A stretch of 64,000 bases of DNA from an uncultured Gammaproteobacteria bacterium (GCA_964394565.1 CAYMYA010000001.1:4124-68123), one strand, 5' to 3'. Positions 39,459 to 50,126 are shown, counted from the stretch's first letter. Notes: a model not told the origin generated them from the sequence alone. Translations and numbers: made by a program.

Positions 39459-39890
39459 ATGCGTCGTTTTCTTCCGTCATTATTTTGGATATGTCTCGTG
39501 TTCGCCGCTAACGCTGTTGCACTTGTGCTGGATTTGTATGCGCAATTTCTGTGGCTCGATATCCCTATGCATTTTTTCGGGGGCTATACGGTTGCATTAT
39601 TGGGTTTGGCGATTTATGAGTGGATGAAAGATCGTGTAACAATTCGCCGCACATCCCATCCGCAAAGTCGTATTGCGCTATTCCTTCTTGAAGGCTTTGT
39701 GGTGATCGGATTTGTGCTTTGTATCAGCGTAGCATGGGAGATTTGGGAGTTTCTGATGGATCAGTATGCAACCGCATTTGTTGAGCGATTCGGCGCGACA
39801 CAGCCTGGTATGGCAGATACCATGGACGATTTTCTGAACGACACGATCGGTGCGGTGACGGGCTGGTTGCTCTGGCGGACGAAAACATAA
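39459..39890 (+). CDS. Membrane protein (DUF2238/VanZ-like)
   Basis: Motifs WLDIPMHFFGG, WEIWEF and DTMDDF. Confidence 0.7.
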   Translation: MRRFLPSLFWICLVFAANAVALVLDLYAQFLWLDIPMHFFGGYTVALLGLAIYEWMKDRVTIRRTSHPQSRIALFLLEGFVVIGFVLCISVAWEIWEFLMDQYATAFVERFGATQPGMADTMDDFLNDTIGAVTGWLLWRTKT

Positions 39891-39892
39891 TT

Positions 39893-40711
39893 ATGCGTGC
39901 ATATTCGATATTCGGTATTCCGTTACACGATGTCACGCCCGAGGAGCTTGCGGACATTTTTCTGCATATTCATGGTCTGATTGTGACGCCAAACCCGGAA
40001 ATTCTTCTTGCAGCTCGGAGAAACGATGCGTATGGTGCACTCCTTCGTTCCGCAGCGCTTGCACTTCCTGACGGCATTGCAACAGTATTCGCAGTCGCAG
40101 CGTTGCACGACGTCTCCACACTTCGTCGTTACCCCGGGGTCGATACTGTTTCGATGATCGCGACTGCCGCAAAACACAACAAGGAAACATTGCTCGTGAT
40201 TGGCGGGTATAAAGAGGATTACGATCGTTTACTCGAACGTCTGCGACGTGTACATCCAGAACTCCGCGTGATGTGTATCGATCCGGGCGTCATTAACGAG
40301 GAACGCCCCATGTTGAGCGAAGAGCAATGCGATGCACTCCGGCATGTCGGTTCTTCAGTGGCGATTGTTGCCCTAGGGCAGGGAAGGGGTCGTCATCAGG
40401 GCAAACAGGAACACGTAGCCGCTGACCTTTGCACGCGTCTTCCAAATGTTCGTTTTGCGATTGGCGTGGGAGGTGCGGTGGATGTATTGTCCGGGCGTGT
40501 GGTACGTGCACCGAAATCATTCCAAGTATGGGGATTTGAGTGGCTGTGGCGACTTTGCACACAGCCGTGGAGGTTCGTGCGAATCGTTCGCGCGGTGATT
40601 GTCTTTCCAACGCTCGTGGCTTGGGATACACTGAGACAGGGTCGTTTTCTTCGCGCATGTCATTCGGTTTTTCGCGCATTCATTGTGCATTTCTTCTCAA
40701 TATCTGTATGA
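39893..40711 (+). CDS. WecB/TagA/CpsF family glycosyltransferase
   Basis: Motifs VTPNPE, PDG, KQE, GVGGAVD and EWLWRL..QPWR. Confidence 0.9.
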   Translation: MRAYSIFGIPLHDVTPEELADIFLHIHGLIVTPNPEILLAARRNDAYGALLRSAALALPDGIATVFAVAALHDVSTLRRYPGVDTVSMIATAAKHNKETLLVIGGYKEDYDRLLERLRRVHPELRVMCIDPGVINEERPMLSEEQCDALRHVGSSVAIVALGQGRGRHQGKQEHVAADLCTRLPNVRFAIGVGGAVDVLSGRVVRAPKSFQVWGFEWLWRLCTQPWRFVRIVRAVIVFPTLVAWDTLRQGRFLRACHSVFRAFIVHFFSISV

Positions 40712-42171
40712 ACGTTCGTACCCGTCTCGCTCCATCACCAACAGGAAAAATGCACATTGGTACGCTACGTACGGCATTATTTGATTATTTTCTCGCCAAG
40801 CAACACAATGGGCAGTTTATTATTCGTATAGAAGATACGGATCAAGGACGTCGTGTGCCGGGCGCGGTAGAAAATCTTTTGGAAATGTTTGCCGCAGTAC
40901 ATATTGTGCATGATGAAGGGCCGTATCTTACCGCGGAAGGCACAATTGCGGAAAAGGGCGAATTTGGGCCGTATGTGCAATCTGCTCGTCTGCCATTATA
41001 CAAACGTTATGCAGATGAATTAGTCGCGAAAGGATTTGCATACCCATGCTTTTGTACCGTTGAGCGATTAGACGAAATGCGTAAAGCACAGATCGCAGTG
41101 AAGCAGACAACCAAGTACGATCGACACTGTTTGTCACTTACTGCGTCCGATGCGATGCGACGCATCTCTGCGGGTGAAAGTCACGTGATTCGCATGAAGA
41201 TTCCAGAAGGTAAAACGGAATTTGTTGATGCGATCCGTGGCGCGATTGTCTTTGATCACCATGAAGTTGACGACGCGATCATTATGAAGTCCGACGGTTT
41301 TCCGACGTATTTCTTAGCGTGTGTCGTCGACGATCATTTCATGCAGATTTCTCATATTCTTCGTGGTGAAGAATGGATTTCATCTACGCCGAAGTCGCTT
41401 ATATTGAGTCAGATGCTCGGATGGGATTCGCCGATATTTGCTCATGTACCGGTACTCCTTGGCCCGGACAAGAAAAAGCTCTCTAAACGCACTGGCGATA
41501 CCGCGGTTGAGGAATACTTTAAGCATGGATATCTCGCAGAAGCTCTTGTGAATTTTATTGGTACGTTGGGATTTAATCCTTCGGGAGAACGGGAAATCTT
41601 TACGCTTGATGAATTGGTTGAGAGCTTTGATTTAAGCAAAGTCAATTCTGCGGGCGCTATTTTAAACATAGAAAAATTAGATTGGATGAACCGTTATTAC
41701 TTGATGCAGTTATCTCAGGAGGATCTCGTACGTCGTGCGGCAGCATTTGTCCACGCAGATTGTTCAGATATTCGTGTGCAACGTGCGCTTTTTGTGGAAC
41801 GTTCCCGTGTTTCACGGTTAACGGAGTTTGATCAGGCCATAGCGCCATATCTGCAGCTTCCCACGTATCATCCGCATGTACTTATTTGGAAAAAGGCTGA
41901 TCAAAATGATGCAATTGCCCAACTCTCTGCTATACGCGATGTTCTTCATGCACTTGGCGAAAAAGATTTTGAACAGCCTGATCTCCTCGAAACGAGCATT
42001 AAGGAGTATATTCTTCAGGGAGGGCTTCAAAATGGCAATGTCTTGTGGCCACTTCGCGTCGCACTCTCCGGTGCGGAAAAATCTGCAACGCCGTTTGAGT
42101 TATTATGGGTATTAGGAAAACAGGAATCACTTGAACGCATTTCCGTAGCGCTTAAGCGGCTTCACGAATAA
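40708..42171 (+). CDS. gltX: Glutamate--tRNA ligase
   Basis: Motifs RLAPSPTG, HIGT, RIEDTD and KLSKR. Start at MNVRTR. Confidence 0.96.
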   Translation: MNVRTRLAPSPTGKMHIGTLRTALFDYFLAKQHNGQFIIRIEDTDQGRRVPGAVENLLEMFAAVHIVHDEGPYLTAEGTIAEKGEFGPYVQSARLPLYKRYADELVAKGFAYPCFCTVERLDEMRKAQIAVKQTTKYDRHCLSLTASDAMRRISAGESHVIRMKIPEGKTEFVDAIRGAIVFDHHEVDDAIIMKSDGFPTYFLACVVDDHFMQISHILRGEEWISSTPKSLILSQMLGWDSPIFAHVPVLLGPDKKKLSKRTGDTAVEEYFKHGYLAEALVNFIGTLGFNPSGEREIFTLDELVESFDLSKVNSAGAILNIEKLDWMNRYYLMQLSQEDLVRRAAAFVHADCSDIRVQRALFVERSRVSRLTEFDQAIAPYLQLPTYHPHVLIWKKADQNDAIAQLSAIRDVLHALGEKDFEQPDLLETSIKEYILQGGLQNGNVLWPLRVALSGAEKSATPFELLWVLGKQESLERISVALKRLHE

Positions 42172-42181
42172 CGTTCTTTTT

Positions 42182-43387
42182 ATGGAGGGAAGGGGAGTGA
42201 GGGCAATTCAGGGAGCGATATTCATGGGGTGTCTGTTATTGACGCCGATATTTGCGATTGCCGCCGAGGACGTCACGCAGTTGCAACAAACCATTACGCA
42301 AAAGAAAAATGAAATTCAAGCGCTAAATGCGCAATTAGATCAATATAAGGCAAAAATTCGGGAATTAGCAGGGAAGGGCGCGTCGTTACAGAACGATATC
42401 GCGCTCCTTGAAAACGAAATTGCCATGGGGCAACTTGATATCGCAGCAACACAAAATGCAATCGATCAAGAAACGCTTGAATTACGTATTATCGATGATC
42501 AAATTGGGCAAGTTGAACAAGAGCTTGCTGATCGCCGCGCAATGCTGGCGGATGTGTTGTTCGCCATGAACAAAACTGATGGGCAAGGTGTACTTGATGT
42601 CGTGCTCAATATTGGTTCCATGGGAGATGTATTCGACGCTGCGCAGCAAATTGCCAGCGTGAACGAAACCATGAAATCAGCTCTGGAGGCGACGAAAAAT
42701 ACGAGACAATCGCTTGTAGATCGTCAAACCGAACATGAAGCAAAGGTGACGGATCTTTCAGAGGTGCAGCGAGAACTTGCGCGGAAAACTCAGAATCTTG
42801 ATTTACGAAAGAGTGCAAAAGTTGTTCTCGCACAGGCGACATCGGAATCCGAGAATGAATACCGAACATTAATGAGCGAAATTCGCTCAGAACAGCAGGC
42901 AATCGCGAATGAAGTTGCGGCATTGCAAGACGACGTGCAGAGCAAGCTAAAATCCTTAGACGGGTACGAGGGCGAAACGACCTTTACGTGGCCAGTACAT
43001 GGAGTGATCACTGCATTATTTCACGACCCATCCTATCCGTTCAGGAACCTCTTCGAACATGCTGGGGTAGATATCGCAGTACCACAAGGGACGGCGATTG
43101 AGGCAGCTGCACCTGGATTTGTAGCGCGTGTGTACAAAGGTCAAGATTACGGCTACTACGTGTTGATTATTCATGCAAATGGTTTTGCAACGCTCTATGC
43201 GCATATGTCGCGCATCGACGTGGAATTAGATCAATACGTTTCTCGTGGGCAAAGTATTGGTCTCTCTGGCGGCCGACCTGGAACACCCGGTGCCGGCTTT
43301 TCTACAGGCCCTCACACGCATTTTGAAATTCGATTAAATGGAATTCCGGTCAATCCTTTAGCATACCTTGATATGAGCCAGTTCTAG
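42182..43387 (+). CDS. Coiled-coil M23 peptidase (EnvC/CwlO-like)
   Basis: Long coiled coil, then HAGVD, LYAHM and TGPHTHFE. Confidence 0.9.
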   Translation: MEGRGVRAIQGAIFMGCLLLTPIFAIAAEDVTQLQQTITQKKNEIQALNAQLDQYKAKIRELAGKGASLQNDIALLENEIAMGQLDIAATQNAIDQETLELRIIDDQIGQVEQELADRRAMLADVLFAMNKTDGQGVLDVVLNIGSMGDVFDAAQQIASVNETMKSALEATKNTRQSLVDRQTEHEAKVTDLSEVQRELARKTQNLDLRKSAKVVLAQATSESENEYRTLMSEIRSEQQAIANEVAALQDDVQSKLKSLDGYEGETTFTWPVHGVITALFHDPSYPFRNLFEHAGVDIAVPQGTAIEAAAPGFVARVYKGQDYGYYVLIIHANGFATLYAHMSRIDVELDQYVSRGQSIGLSGGRPGTPGAGFSTGPHTHFEIRLNGIPVNPLAYLDMSQF

Positions 43388-43420
43388 CGCCCTTCATGAT
43401 GCGTTATGTTGCGTTCTTTG

Positions 43421-43753
43421 AAAAAAGAGCCACTAGAGTAGCCTTATTTTAACACAGCGCATTTAAATGCGTCTGGATTTGGGTCATCCTGAGGGTCGGC
43501 GCGCGAGGATAAGCAAGTAGGTATTGGAGCGAAGAGCGACTTCAACCATCGAGGCCAAAGGCTCTCAGCCATTGCGAGGAAAACGTCACCGTCGACGAAG
43601 CACGTTGAGCTGACACCTGACGTTGATCTCCAAGATGAGAGAGTTTAGAGGGACACGTATTACGGTTTTTCAATGACCGAGAAAGTGTAGGAAGAACACG
43701 AGTCGGTCATTATTGATTTGATGGTTATCAATAACCTCACAAAGCGTCGTAAA
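43421..43753 (-). ncRNA. Candidate structured non-coding transcript
   Basis: Consensus promoter upstream, hairpin plus U-tract at 43421..43444, about seven hairpins, longest ORFs about 43 codons. Confidence 0.4.
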
Positions 43754-43759
43754 TGATAT

Positions 43760-43788
43760 ATTGTACGACGCCAGATATTCTATTGCAA
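43760..43788 (-). promoter_or_regulatory. Near-consensus sigma70 promoter
   Basis: TTGCAA-N17-TACAAT on the minus strand. Confidence 0.7.
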
Positions 43789-43879
43789 TATACCTACTCT
43801 TCTCCGTTCTACTCCCCGCATACCTTCCCGATCACATGCACATCAATACTCACAAGTTTCTTCAGATACACTTTACGAG

Positions 43880-44335
43880 CTATTTTTCTTGTAGATCCAC
43901 GAGATCTTGTAATACTTCATCTACGTGACCCGAAACCTTTACATCATCGTATCGTTTCACCATCTCCCCTACTGGATCGATGATCACTGTGGTGCGCACA
44001 ATGCCTTCATATGAACGTCCCATAAACTTTTTCATTTTCCATACTCCATACGCTTCACAGACTGCATGATTTTCATCTGCGAGCAGGGTAAATTGTAATG
44101 ATTGCTGTTTTGCAAACTTTTCATGTCGAGCCACACTATCTGCAGAAATTCCCAGGACAACCGCTCCGTGTTGCGCTAATCGATTCATGTTGTCACGAAA
44201 ACTGCACGCCTCAATAGTGCACCCAGGAGTCATATCTTTCGGGTAAAAATAGAGCACAACCCACTTCCCTGCGTAATCACTCAAGGTGTGCATGACCGCA
44301 TGTTGATCGGGTAAAGTGAAATTTGGCGCTAGCAT
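43880..44335 (-). CDS. bcp: Peroxiredoxin Bcp/PrxQ
   Basis: YFYPKDMTPGCTIEACSFRD. Confidence 0.95.
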   Translation of the reverse strand: MLAPNFTLPDQHAVMHTLSDYAGKWVVLYFYPKDMTPGCTIEACSFRDNMNRLAQHGAVVLGISADSVARHEKFAKQQSLQFTLLADENHAVCEAYGVWKMKKFMGRSYEGIVRTTVIIDPVGEMVKRYDDVKVSGHVDEVLQDLVDLQEK

Positions 44336-44345
44336 AAAGAAAGAT

Positions 44346-45230
44346 TTATTTTGTATAAACGTACGCACCAAACCTGAGGTCAATGTACTGATCTGGTAGG
44401 ACAGAAGTATCTGCAGCAATCACTGCTCGAAGTGCATCCATTTGCTCAGTGATACTGCGTGTCGCGATATCGACATACAAATCATACTCCGCCGTAGTAT
44501 CAATGCGAACAAATGGCGCGTCAATGCCATCGAGAAAAAAAGCAACTGCATGGAGTCCATTCATAGGCAGTTGTTCGGAGAGAGTAAGAAGCGCCAGGGT
44601 TTTTTGTGCTGAAAGTGCAGGTGTTGGATCGTTTTTTGTATTCACAACAATTGGCATGTCGACCTGAAGTGGAAAAAGATATTCTTCTGGTAATGGGGTT
44701 GCACTACCCATACGGATATCGATTGCCCGTGACTCTTCCGTGGTAGCATCTCGTATATACACCCCAGACACATCGAGCATGACCGTTTTTTCTTTTGTTC
44801 GCAGGGCGATCGTGGTGATTCTTTCCACGACGTCAATGTCAAATTCCTGTCCGTTTCGGCGAATCGTGACGGATTGCAGGGGGTATTGTTGAGAAAGCCT
44901 ATCAGCCAGAGTGGCGAGTCGCACACTGTATATATTGGTTTCCGATGTGAACGGAAACCGTGATTGGCGCATGCTCTCCCACACTGATTGTGATAGTGCA
45001 GATGGATCAAGGGTCACAACGCCGCGTATGTTCACCGAGCGGAGTTGGAATATTGGAATGTAGGTTATGCCAATCCCACAGGCAACGAGAAAGACGGTTC
45101 CCAAAACGATACCCAAGCCAATACGCCATTTTGGAGTTTTGATCTTTAAAAATAGTGGGTTTTTAAGTGTGCCGTCATCGTGCGCTTTAGCATGGCGGAG
45201 CCGAAGGAAATTTCTGGAGTGTTTTACCAT
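44346..45230 (-). CDS. FtsQ/DivIB-like cell division protein
   Basis: Basic N-terminus, one TM, a POTRA-like region (VNIRG...IDVVER) and C-terminal YIDLRFG. Confidence 0.75.
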   Translation of the reverse strand: MVKHSRNFLRLRHAKAHDDGTLKNPLFLKIKTPKWRIGLGIVLGTVFLVACGIGITYIPIFQLRSVNIRGVVTLDPSALSQSVWESMRQSRFPFTSETNIYSVRLATLADRLSQQYPLQSVTIRRNGQEFDIDVVERITTIALRTKEKTVMLDVSGVYIRDATTEESRAIDIRMGSATPLPEEYLFPLQVDMPIVVNTKNDPTPALSAQKTLALLTLSEQLPMNGLHAVAFFLDGIDAPFVRIDTTAEYDLYVDIATRSITEQMDALRAVIAADTSVLPDQYIDLRFGAYVYTK

Positions 45231-46366
45231 ATCACTCGCGGAAGCGAGGAGGCAATGCGGGTTACCACCTCATAATGAATTGTACCGAGATGCGCCGCGA
45301 TATCATCTGCACTAACGGTATGCATTCCATCACGACCGAGTAATGTCACTTCGTCGTCAATGGCGACTGACGGAACCGCGGAGACATCGGCCATACACAC
45401 GTTCATACATATATTACCGACGATCGAGCATTTTCGTCCACGAATAATCACCTCTCCCCTGTTTGAAAGCCCACGATCATACCCATCAGCATAGCCGACT
45501 GGCAACACCGCGATCCGAAGCGGCCGATTTGCGACATGAGTGCCGCCGTACCCAATAGCACTGCCTGGCGGAACGTCTTTGACCTGTGCGATGCGTGTCT
45601 TCCATTGTAGCACCGGAGAAAGCTCGATATTTTGGCGTCCCAATACGACGTGTCGTTTATGTTGTTTGCTTGCCCAAAGTCCGTACAACACAATGCCGTA
45701 GCGTACCATCGTTCCCTGCACATCTGGATTGGTCATAGCTGCAGCAGAACCTGCGATGTGCTGATATTGAGGATGGAATCCAGCAGCGTGTATTGCTTCA
45801 AGCGCGAGGGAAAAATTCTGTACTTGAAACGCATTCATCGGATCTGTTGGCTCCTCTGCATTCGCAAAATGCGACGCAGCACTCATAAGCACCACTCGGC
45901 CTTCTGTACGCGAAATAAACTCTAAAAGATTTGCGGCTCCCCTCGGTCCGACGCCTTGGCGATGAAGACCGGTTTCGATCTTTAATGAAACCCGTGCGGG
46001 GCATTCTGTAGTTCCGTATTTGCTCAATTCACGAATTGTGCGTTCGTCGTATACGGTTTGGATCGCGCCAATACTCACAACGTCTTTCAGTCGTTCAGGG
46101 ACGGTGTAATTGAGAATAAACACTGTTGCTGCTGGCGCGTGTGTTGCAAGAAGTATTGCTTCATCAATCGAATCAACGGCAAAATGCGTTACCCCTGATT
46201 CGAGGAGCAGTGCAGTCATTTCTTGCTGACCATGCCCATAAGCATTTGCCTTAATGACTGCACAAAATTCGACCCCAGGAACGAGGAAACTTCGAAGTGC
46301 GGCGATGTTATTTTCCACCGCCGCACGCGAAATCTCGACCCATGTTTTGTGTCCGTGAAGAACCAT
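45224..46366 (-). CDS. alr: Alanine racemase
   Basis: Motifs AVIKANAYGHG, IGYG, VGYADG and GNICMN. Confidence 0.95.
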   Translation of the reverse strand: MVLHGHKTWVEISRAAVENNIAALRSFLVPGVEFCAVIKANAYGHGQQEMTALLLESGVTHFAVDSIDEAILLATHAPAATVFILNYTVPERLKDVVSIGAIQTVYDERTIRELSKYGTTECPARVSLKIETGLHRQGVGPRGAANLLEFISRTEGRVVLMSAASHFANAEEPTDPMNAFQVQNFSLALEAIHAAGFHPQYQHIAGSAAAMTNPDVQGTMVRYGIVLYGLWASKQHKRHVVLGRQNIELSPVLQWKTRIAQVKDVPPGSAIGYGGTHVANRPLRIAVLPVGYADGYDRGLSNRGEVIIRGRKCSIVGNICMNVCMADVSAVPSVAIDDEVTLLGRDGMHTVSADDIAAHLGTIHYEVVTRIASSLPRVIW

Positions 46367-46367
46367 G

Positions 46368-47639
46368 CTATTTGCGTTTTTCTATGACGTCCTGACCGCC
46401 CATGTACGGACGGAGGACTTCTGGAATACGCACAGAACCATCGGCATTTTGATAATTCTCAAGAATTGCCACGAGCGTTCGCCCGATCGCAAATGCGGTG
46501 CCATTTAATGTGTGTACAAACGCCATTGTGCCAGCTTCTGTTCGATAGCGTGTATTCAAGCGACGGGACTGGAAATCTGTACACGTACTTGTGGAATGCG
46601 TTTCTCGGAACGTTTCTTGTGTAGGAATCCACGTTTCAATATCAAACTTTCTCGCAGCAGGAAGACCAAGATCGCCGGTGCATTGTTTAATAACGCGGTA
46701 ATGCAGCCCAAGCCCCTGCATGAGCTCTTCTTCGATACTGCGCAACAACAGATGCTCTGCGTCCGACTCTTCCGGCGTTGTGAAGCTGAACATTTCAACC
46801 TTATCGAACTGGTGCATGCGGAGAATCCCACGAGTATCCTTCCCGTAACTTCCCGCTTCACGACGGAAGCACGCGGAAATCCCAACATACCGAATTGGCA
46901 ATGAGGAACGCTCGAGAATTTCATCCGCGTGGAACGCACCGAGAGGCTGCTCTGCGGTACCAATGAGGTATAGGTTATCTTTCTGGAAGTGATAGATTTC
47001 ATCCTGTCCACCGTGTTCCAAGTACCCCATGGCGCGCATAATATTCTCGTTCACCATGTCTGGCACGATCATCGGCGTAAAACCGTGTTTTGCGGTTCTC
47101 GACATGGCGTAAGAAATCAGCGCCATTTGTAACCGTGCGCCGTCGCCAATAAGGTACGTAAACCGCGATGCTGCCGCCTTGGCGCCACGATCGACGTCAA
47201 TAATGCCGAGTGCTTCGCCGAGGGCGAGGTGATCCTTTGGCTCAAAATCGAATGCTGGGCGCACACCAACCGTATCGAGGACTTCATTTTCTGAATCGTC
47301 TTTGCCAACCTTCACATCAGGAAGTGCAGGGTTCGGTATTCTGTACAACAGCTCCCGCAATTCTTCTTCAAGTGGCGTGAGCTCTGCATATAATGTTTCG
47401 GCCTTCTGGTCGACTGCGCGCATTTCTTCAATGAGACGCTTGCGTTCATCGGGCTCCGCCTTTGCAATCACACCGGAAGAAGCATTCTTCTGTGCTTTAA
47501 TTGCTTCGACTTCTCCCGTCAATGAACGAACGCGCCGATCGAGGTCGAGCAAGCGCTCAACATCAACGGTGACGCCTTTTGCGAGAGATCGTTCTGCAAG
47601 TTCTGTGCTATGTTCACGTAAATATTTCATGTCGATCAT
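46368..47639 (-). CDS. serS: Serine--tRNA ligase
   Basis: Motifs LIGTAE, FRREAGS, HQFDKVE and HTLNGT. Confidence 0.97.
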   Translation of the reverse strand: MIDMKYLREHSTELAERSLAKGVTVDVERLLDLDRRVRSLTGEVEAIKAQKNASSGVIAKAEPDERKRLIEEMRAVDQKAETLYAELTPLEEELRELLYRIPNPALPDVKVGKDDSENEVLDTVGVRPAFDFEPKDHLALGEALGIIDVDRGAKAAASRFTYLIGDGARLQMALISYAMSRTAKHGFTPMIVPDMVNENIMRAMGYLEHGGQDEIYHFQKDNLYLIGTAEQPLGAFHADEILERSSLPIRYVGISACFRREAGSYGKDTRGILRMHQFDKVEMFSFTTPEESDAEHLLLRSIEEELMQGLGLHYRVIKQCTGDLGLPAARKFDIETWIPTQETFRETHSTSTCTDFQSRRLNTRYRTEAGTMAFVHTLNGTAFAIGRTLVAILENYQNADGSVRIPEVLRPYMGGQDVIEKRK

Positions 47640-48043
47640 AGAGGGTTCAGCAAGGATGATTTATAACGTTCAGGTTCGAAAGCATCGAGCACGATCAGTT
47701 TGGGTGACGATGTTCGATCCGAATAAAATCGCTCAAGATCTTTTTTGAGTGCACGTTGGTCGTACCCAAGAAGAATAACGTCCGGATGAATGGTATCGAG
47801 AACGTGGTATTCGCCGTCTTGTTCATCGCCCATCACGACGTCGTCGACGAGCATGGATTCACGGAGTGTATCCGCACGAACTTGCCAAGGCTGTTGTGGT
47901 GCGTGACCTTTCAGGCGTATCACACTCGCATCGTTTGGGACGACGGCGATGCATCGATCCACCCGAAAACGCGCTTGTTCAAGCATGGCGCGATGCCCTT
48001 CGTGCAAACCGTCAAACACGCCGAATACGACTCCAGTATTCAT
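47636..48043 (-). CDS. HxGH cytidylyl/adenylyltransferase (RibL/TagD-like)
   Basis: Motifs GVFDGLHEGH, LGYDQ and YKSS. Confidence 0.82.
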   Translation of the reverse strand: MNTGVVFGVFDGLHEGHRAMLEQARFRVDRCIAVVPNDASVIRLKGHAPQQPWQVRADTLRESMLVDDVVMGDEQDGEYHVLDTIHPDVILLGYDQRALKKDLERFYSDRTSSPKLIVLDAFEPERYKSSLLNPL

Positions 48044-48046
48044 ACG

Positions 48047-49546
48047 TCACGATTCATCCGTAGCGCCGCCTCGCTCACTTTTTGGCTTCAGCGTCGGGAA
48101 CGCAATAACTTCTTTCAAATTTGGAGCTCCGGTGATAAACGCAACTAACCGATCGATACCAATCCCTACCCCACTCGTTGGCGGCATCGCGTATTCCAGC
48201 GCAGTGAGAAATTCTTCATCTAAAAATTGCGCCTCCTCGCTTCCCTTTTCACGGAGCGATTCTTGTTCTACAAACCGCGCGCGCTGATCTAGCGGATTAT
48301 TGAGCTCATGGTAGTACAAATTCACAATCTCCGCACCCATCATGACGAGCTGTGCACACGCGCTCTTTGTTGGATCGGCAGGATTTTGCCGCGCAAGTGG
48401 CTTTAAATCTGCAGGGTAATCAAACACCCACGTTGGTGCAACAATAGAGGCGCGACCAGTTTTTTTATACAGGGCATCCAAATATTCTCCGAATCCATGG
48501 CAATCCTTGAAATCAATGGCGAGATTTTTTTCTTTTGCTGCCTGGAGCACAGCTTCTACATCCTTCAGCGTATCGATATCGATGCCGCTGGCTTCAAGAA
48601 TGGTTTCCCGGAACGTTTTCCTTGGGAATGTCTGGGAAAAATCGAGCGTGATTCCCTCGATCGTCACCACCGTTGTACCAAGACCACCCTGAACCCCCTC
48701 GCGAATCATTGCTTCGTTCAGTGTAATAAACGCTTCTTTCGTGGTGTACGCGTGGTACAGTTCAAGCATGGTGAATTCTGGGTTATGCGCGTAGTCGATA
48801 CCTTCATTGCGAAAACACCGACCGATTTCATAAATCTTTTCCATGCCACCCACGACGAGTCGTTTTAAATACAATTCTGGAGCGACTCGCAAGTAAAAGT
48901 CCGTGTTCAGCGCGTTGTGATGCGTGATGAATGGCCGTGCACTTGCGCCGCCCGGAATGGGCTGAAGCATTGGCGTTTCAACTTCAAGGAAACCCGCGTC
49001 GTCCAGAAAACGACGCATGGCCGCAATAAGCTTTGAACGAACGAGCAGCCGTTTGCGAGATTCTGGGTTGGAAATTAGATCAAGTTCACGCTGCCTGTAG
49101 CGTATTTCTACATCCTGAAGTCCATGCCACTTCTCCGGAAGTGGCTTCAGCGCCTTCGCAAGCAAACGGAGCACTTTCGTGAGTATAGACTTTTCACCCG
49201 TCCGCGTGAGATATGCTGTTCCTTCAACTTCAAGAATATCACCGACATCTAACGGCGCGACCATTTCGGTATATCCGTCCGGAAAATCTTCCTGACGGAT
49301 AACAATCTGCATGTCGCCAGAATTGTCCGCAATCCGCAGAAATGTGAGCGCACCAATATTGCGCAATGCCATCACGCGCCCAGCAACCGTTTCCTGTGCT
49401 GCTGACTCGACGCGTTGATCAAAGGTCTGAAGAAACTCTGCAATCGTCACGGTTCTGTTACTGCCAGCTGGATATGCCTCAATGCCCTGCGCAGTAAGTT
49501 GCGCGAGCCTGTCGCGTCGCATCTGTTCTTCCGCAGTCATGGTCAT
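48047..49546 (-). CDS. lysS: Lysine--tRNA ligase (class II)
   Basis: Motifs LPEKWHGL, EVETPML, LRVAPELYLKR and GIGIDRL. Confidence 0.97.
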   Translation of the reverse strand: MTMTAEEQMRRDRLAQLTAQGIEAYPAGSNRTVTIAEFLQTFDQRVESAAQETVAGRVMALRNIGALTFLRIADNSGDMQIVIRQEDFPDGYTEMVAPLDVGDILEVEGTAYLTRTGEKSILTKVLRLLAKALKPLPEKWHGLQDVEIRYRQRELDLISNPESRKRLLVRSKLIAAMRRFLDDAGFLEVETPMLQPIPGGASARPFITHHNALNTDFYLRVAPELYLKRLVVGGMEKIYEIGRCFRNEGIDYAHNPEFTMLELYHAYTTKEAFITLNEAMIREGVQGGLGTTVVTIEGITLDFSQTFPRKTFRETILEASGIDIDTLKDVEAVLQAAKEKNLAIDFKDCHGFGEYLDALYKKTGRASIVAPTWVFDYPADLKPLARQNPADPTKSACAQLVMMGAEIVNLYYHELNNPLDQRARFVEQESLREKGSEEAQFLDEEFLTALEYAMPPTSGVGIGIDRLVAFITGAPNLKEVIAFPTLKPKSERGGATDES

Positions 49547-49551
49547 ACGAT

Positions 49552-50013
49552 TTATTTCACTTCGAGAATTTTGTATGTGCTTGTACCTGATGGGAGTACG
49601 ACATCCACCGATTCCCCATCCTTCGCACCCATGAAGACACTGCCCAGCGGCGATACGTTACTAATTTTTCCCGACATTGGATCCGCTTCATTCGCGCCGA
49701 CGATTTCAAACGTTTTCTTTACGCCATTTGATTCTGCAACAAACGTCGAACCAAGACCGATTTTTCCCCCACTCTTCTCTTCAACCACCACAGCGTCAAC
49801 AATCATTTCTTGCAGCTGTACAATACGCGTTTCGTTTTGTGCCTGCTGCTCCTTTGCTTCGTGGTATGCAAAATTTTCGGAAAGGTCTCCCATTTCCTTG
49901 GCATCAGAGATTTTCTGTGCAATTTCCGGGCGCAACACCTTCATACGGTGCTGTAATTCTTCCTTCATAGACTGAAGGCCGGCTGCTGAAGTATATGTGA
50001 CAAGATTTTCCAT
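49552..50013 (-). CDS. greA: Transcription elongation factor GreA
   Basis: Motifs GDLSENFAY and ISNVSPLG. Start at MENLV. Confidence 0.95.
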   Translation of the reverse strand: MENLVTYTSAAGLQSMKEELQHRMKVLRPEIAQKISDAKEMGDLSENFAYHEAKEQQAQNETRIVQLQEMIVDAVVVEEKSGGKIGLGSTFVAESNGVKKTFEIVGANEADPMSGKISNVSPLGSVFMGAKDGESVDVVLPSGTSTYKILEVK

Positions 50014-50097
50014 AAGATATGCGAGATAGTGTACCGTATTCATTCGATTAAGGTGTCTCCAAAAACAATCCCGCCAAAAGTGGCGGTACGTAAAAAG

Positions 50098-50126
50098 AGT
50101 ATCCCATGCCCACGAATGAGGGTCAA
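50098..50126 (-). promoter_or_regulatory. Sigma70 promoter of the greA-lysS operon
   Basis: TTGACC-N17-GATACT on the minus strand. Confidence 0.6.
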
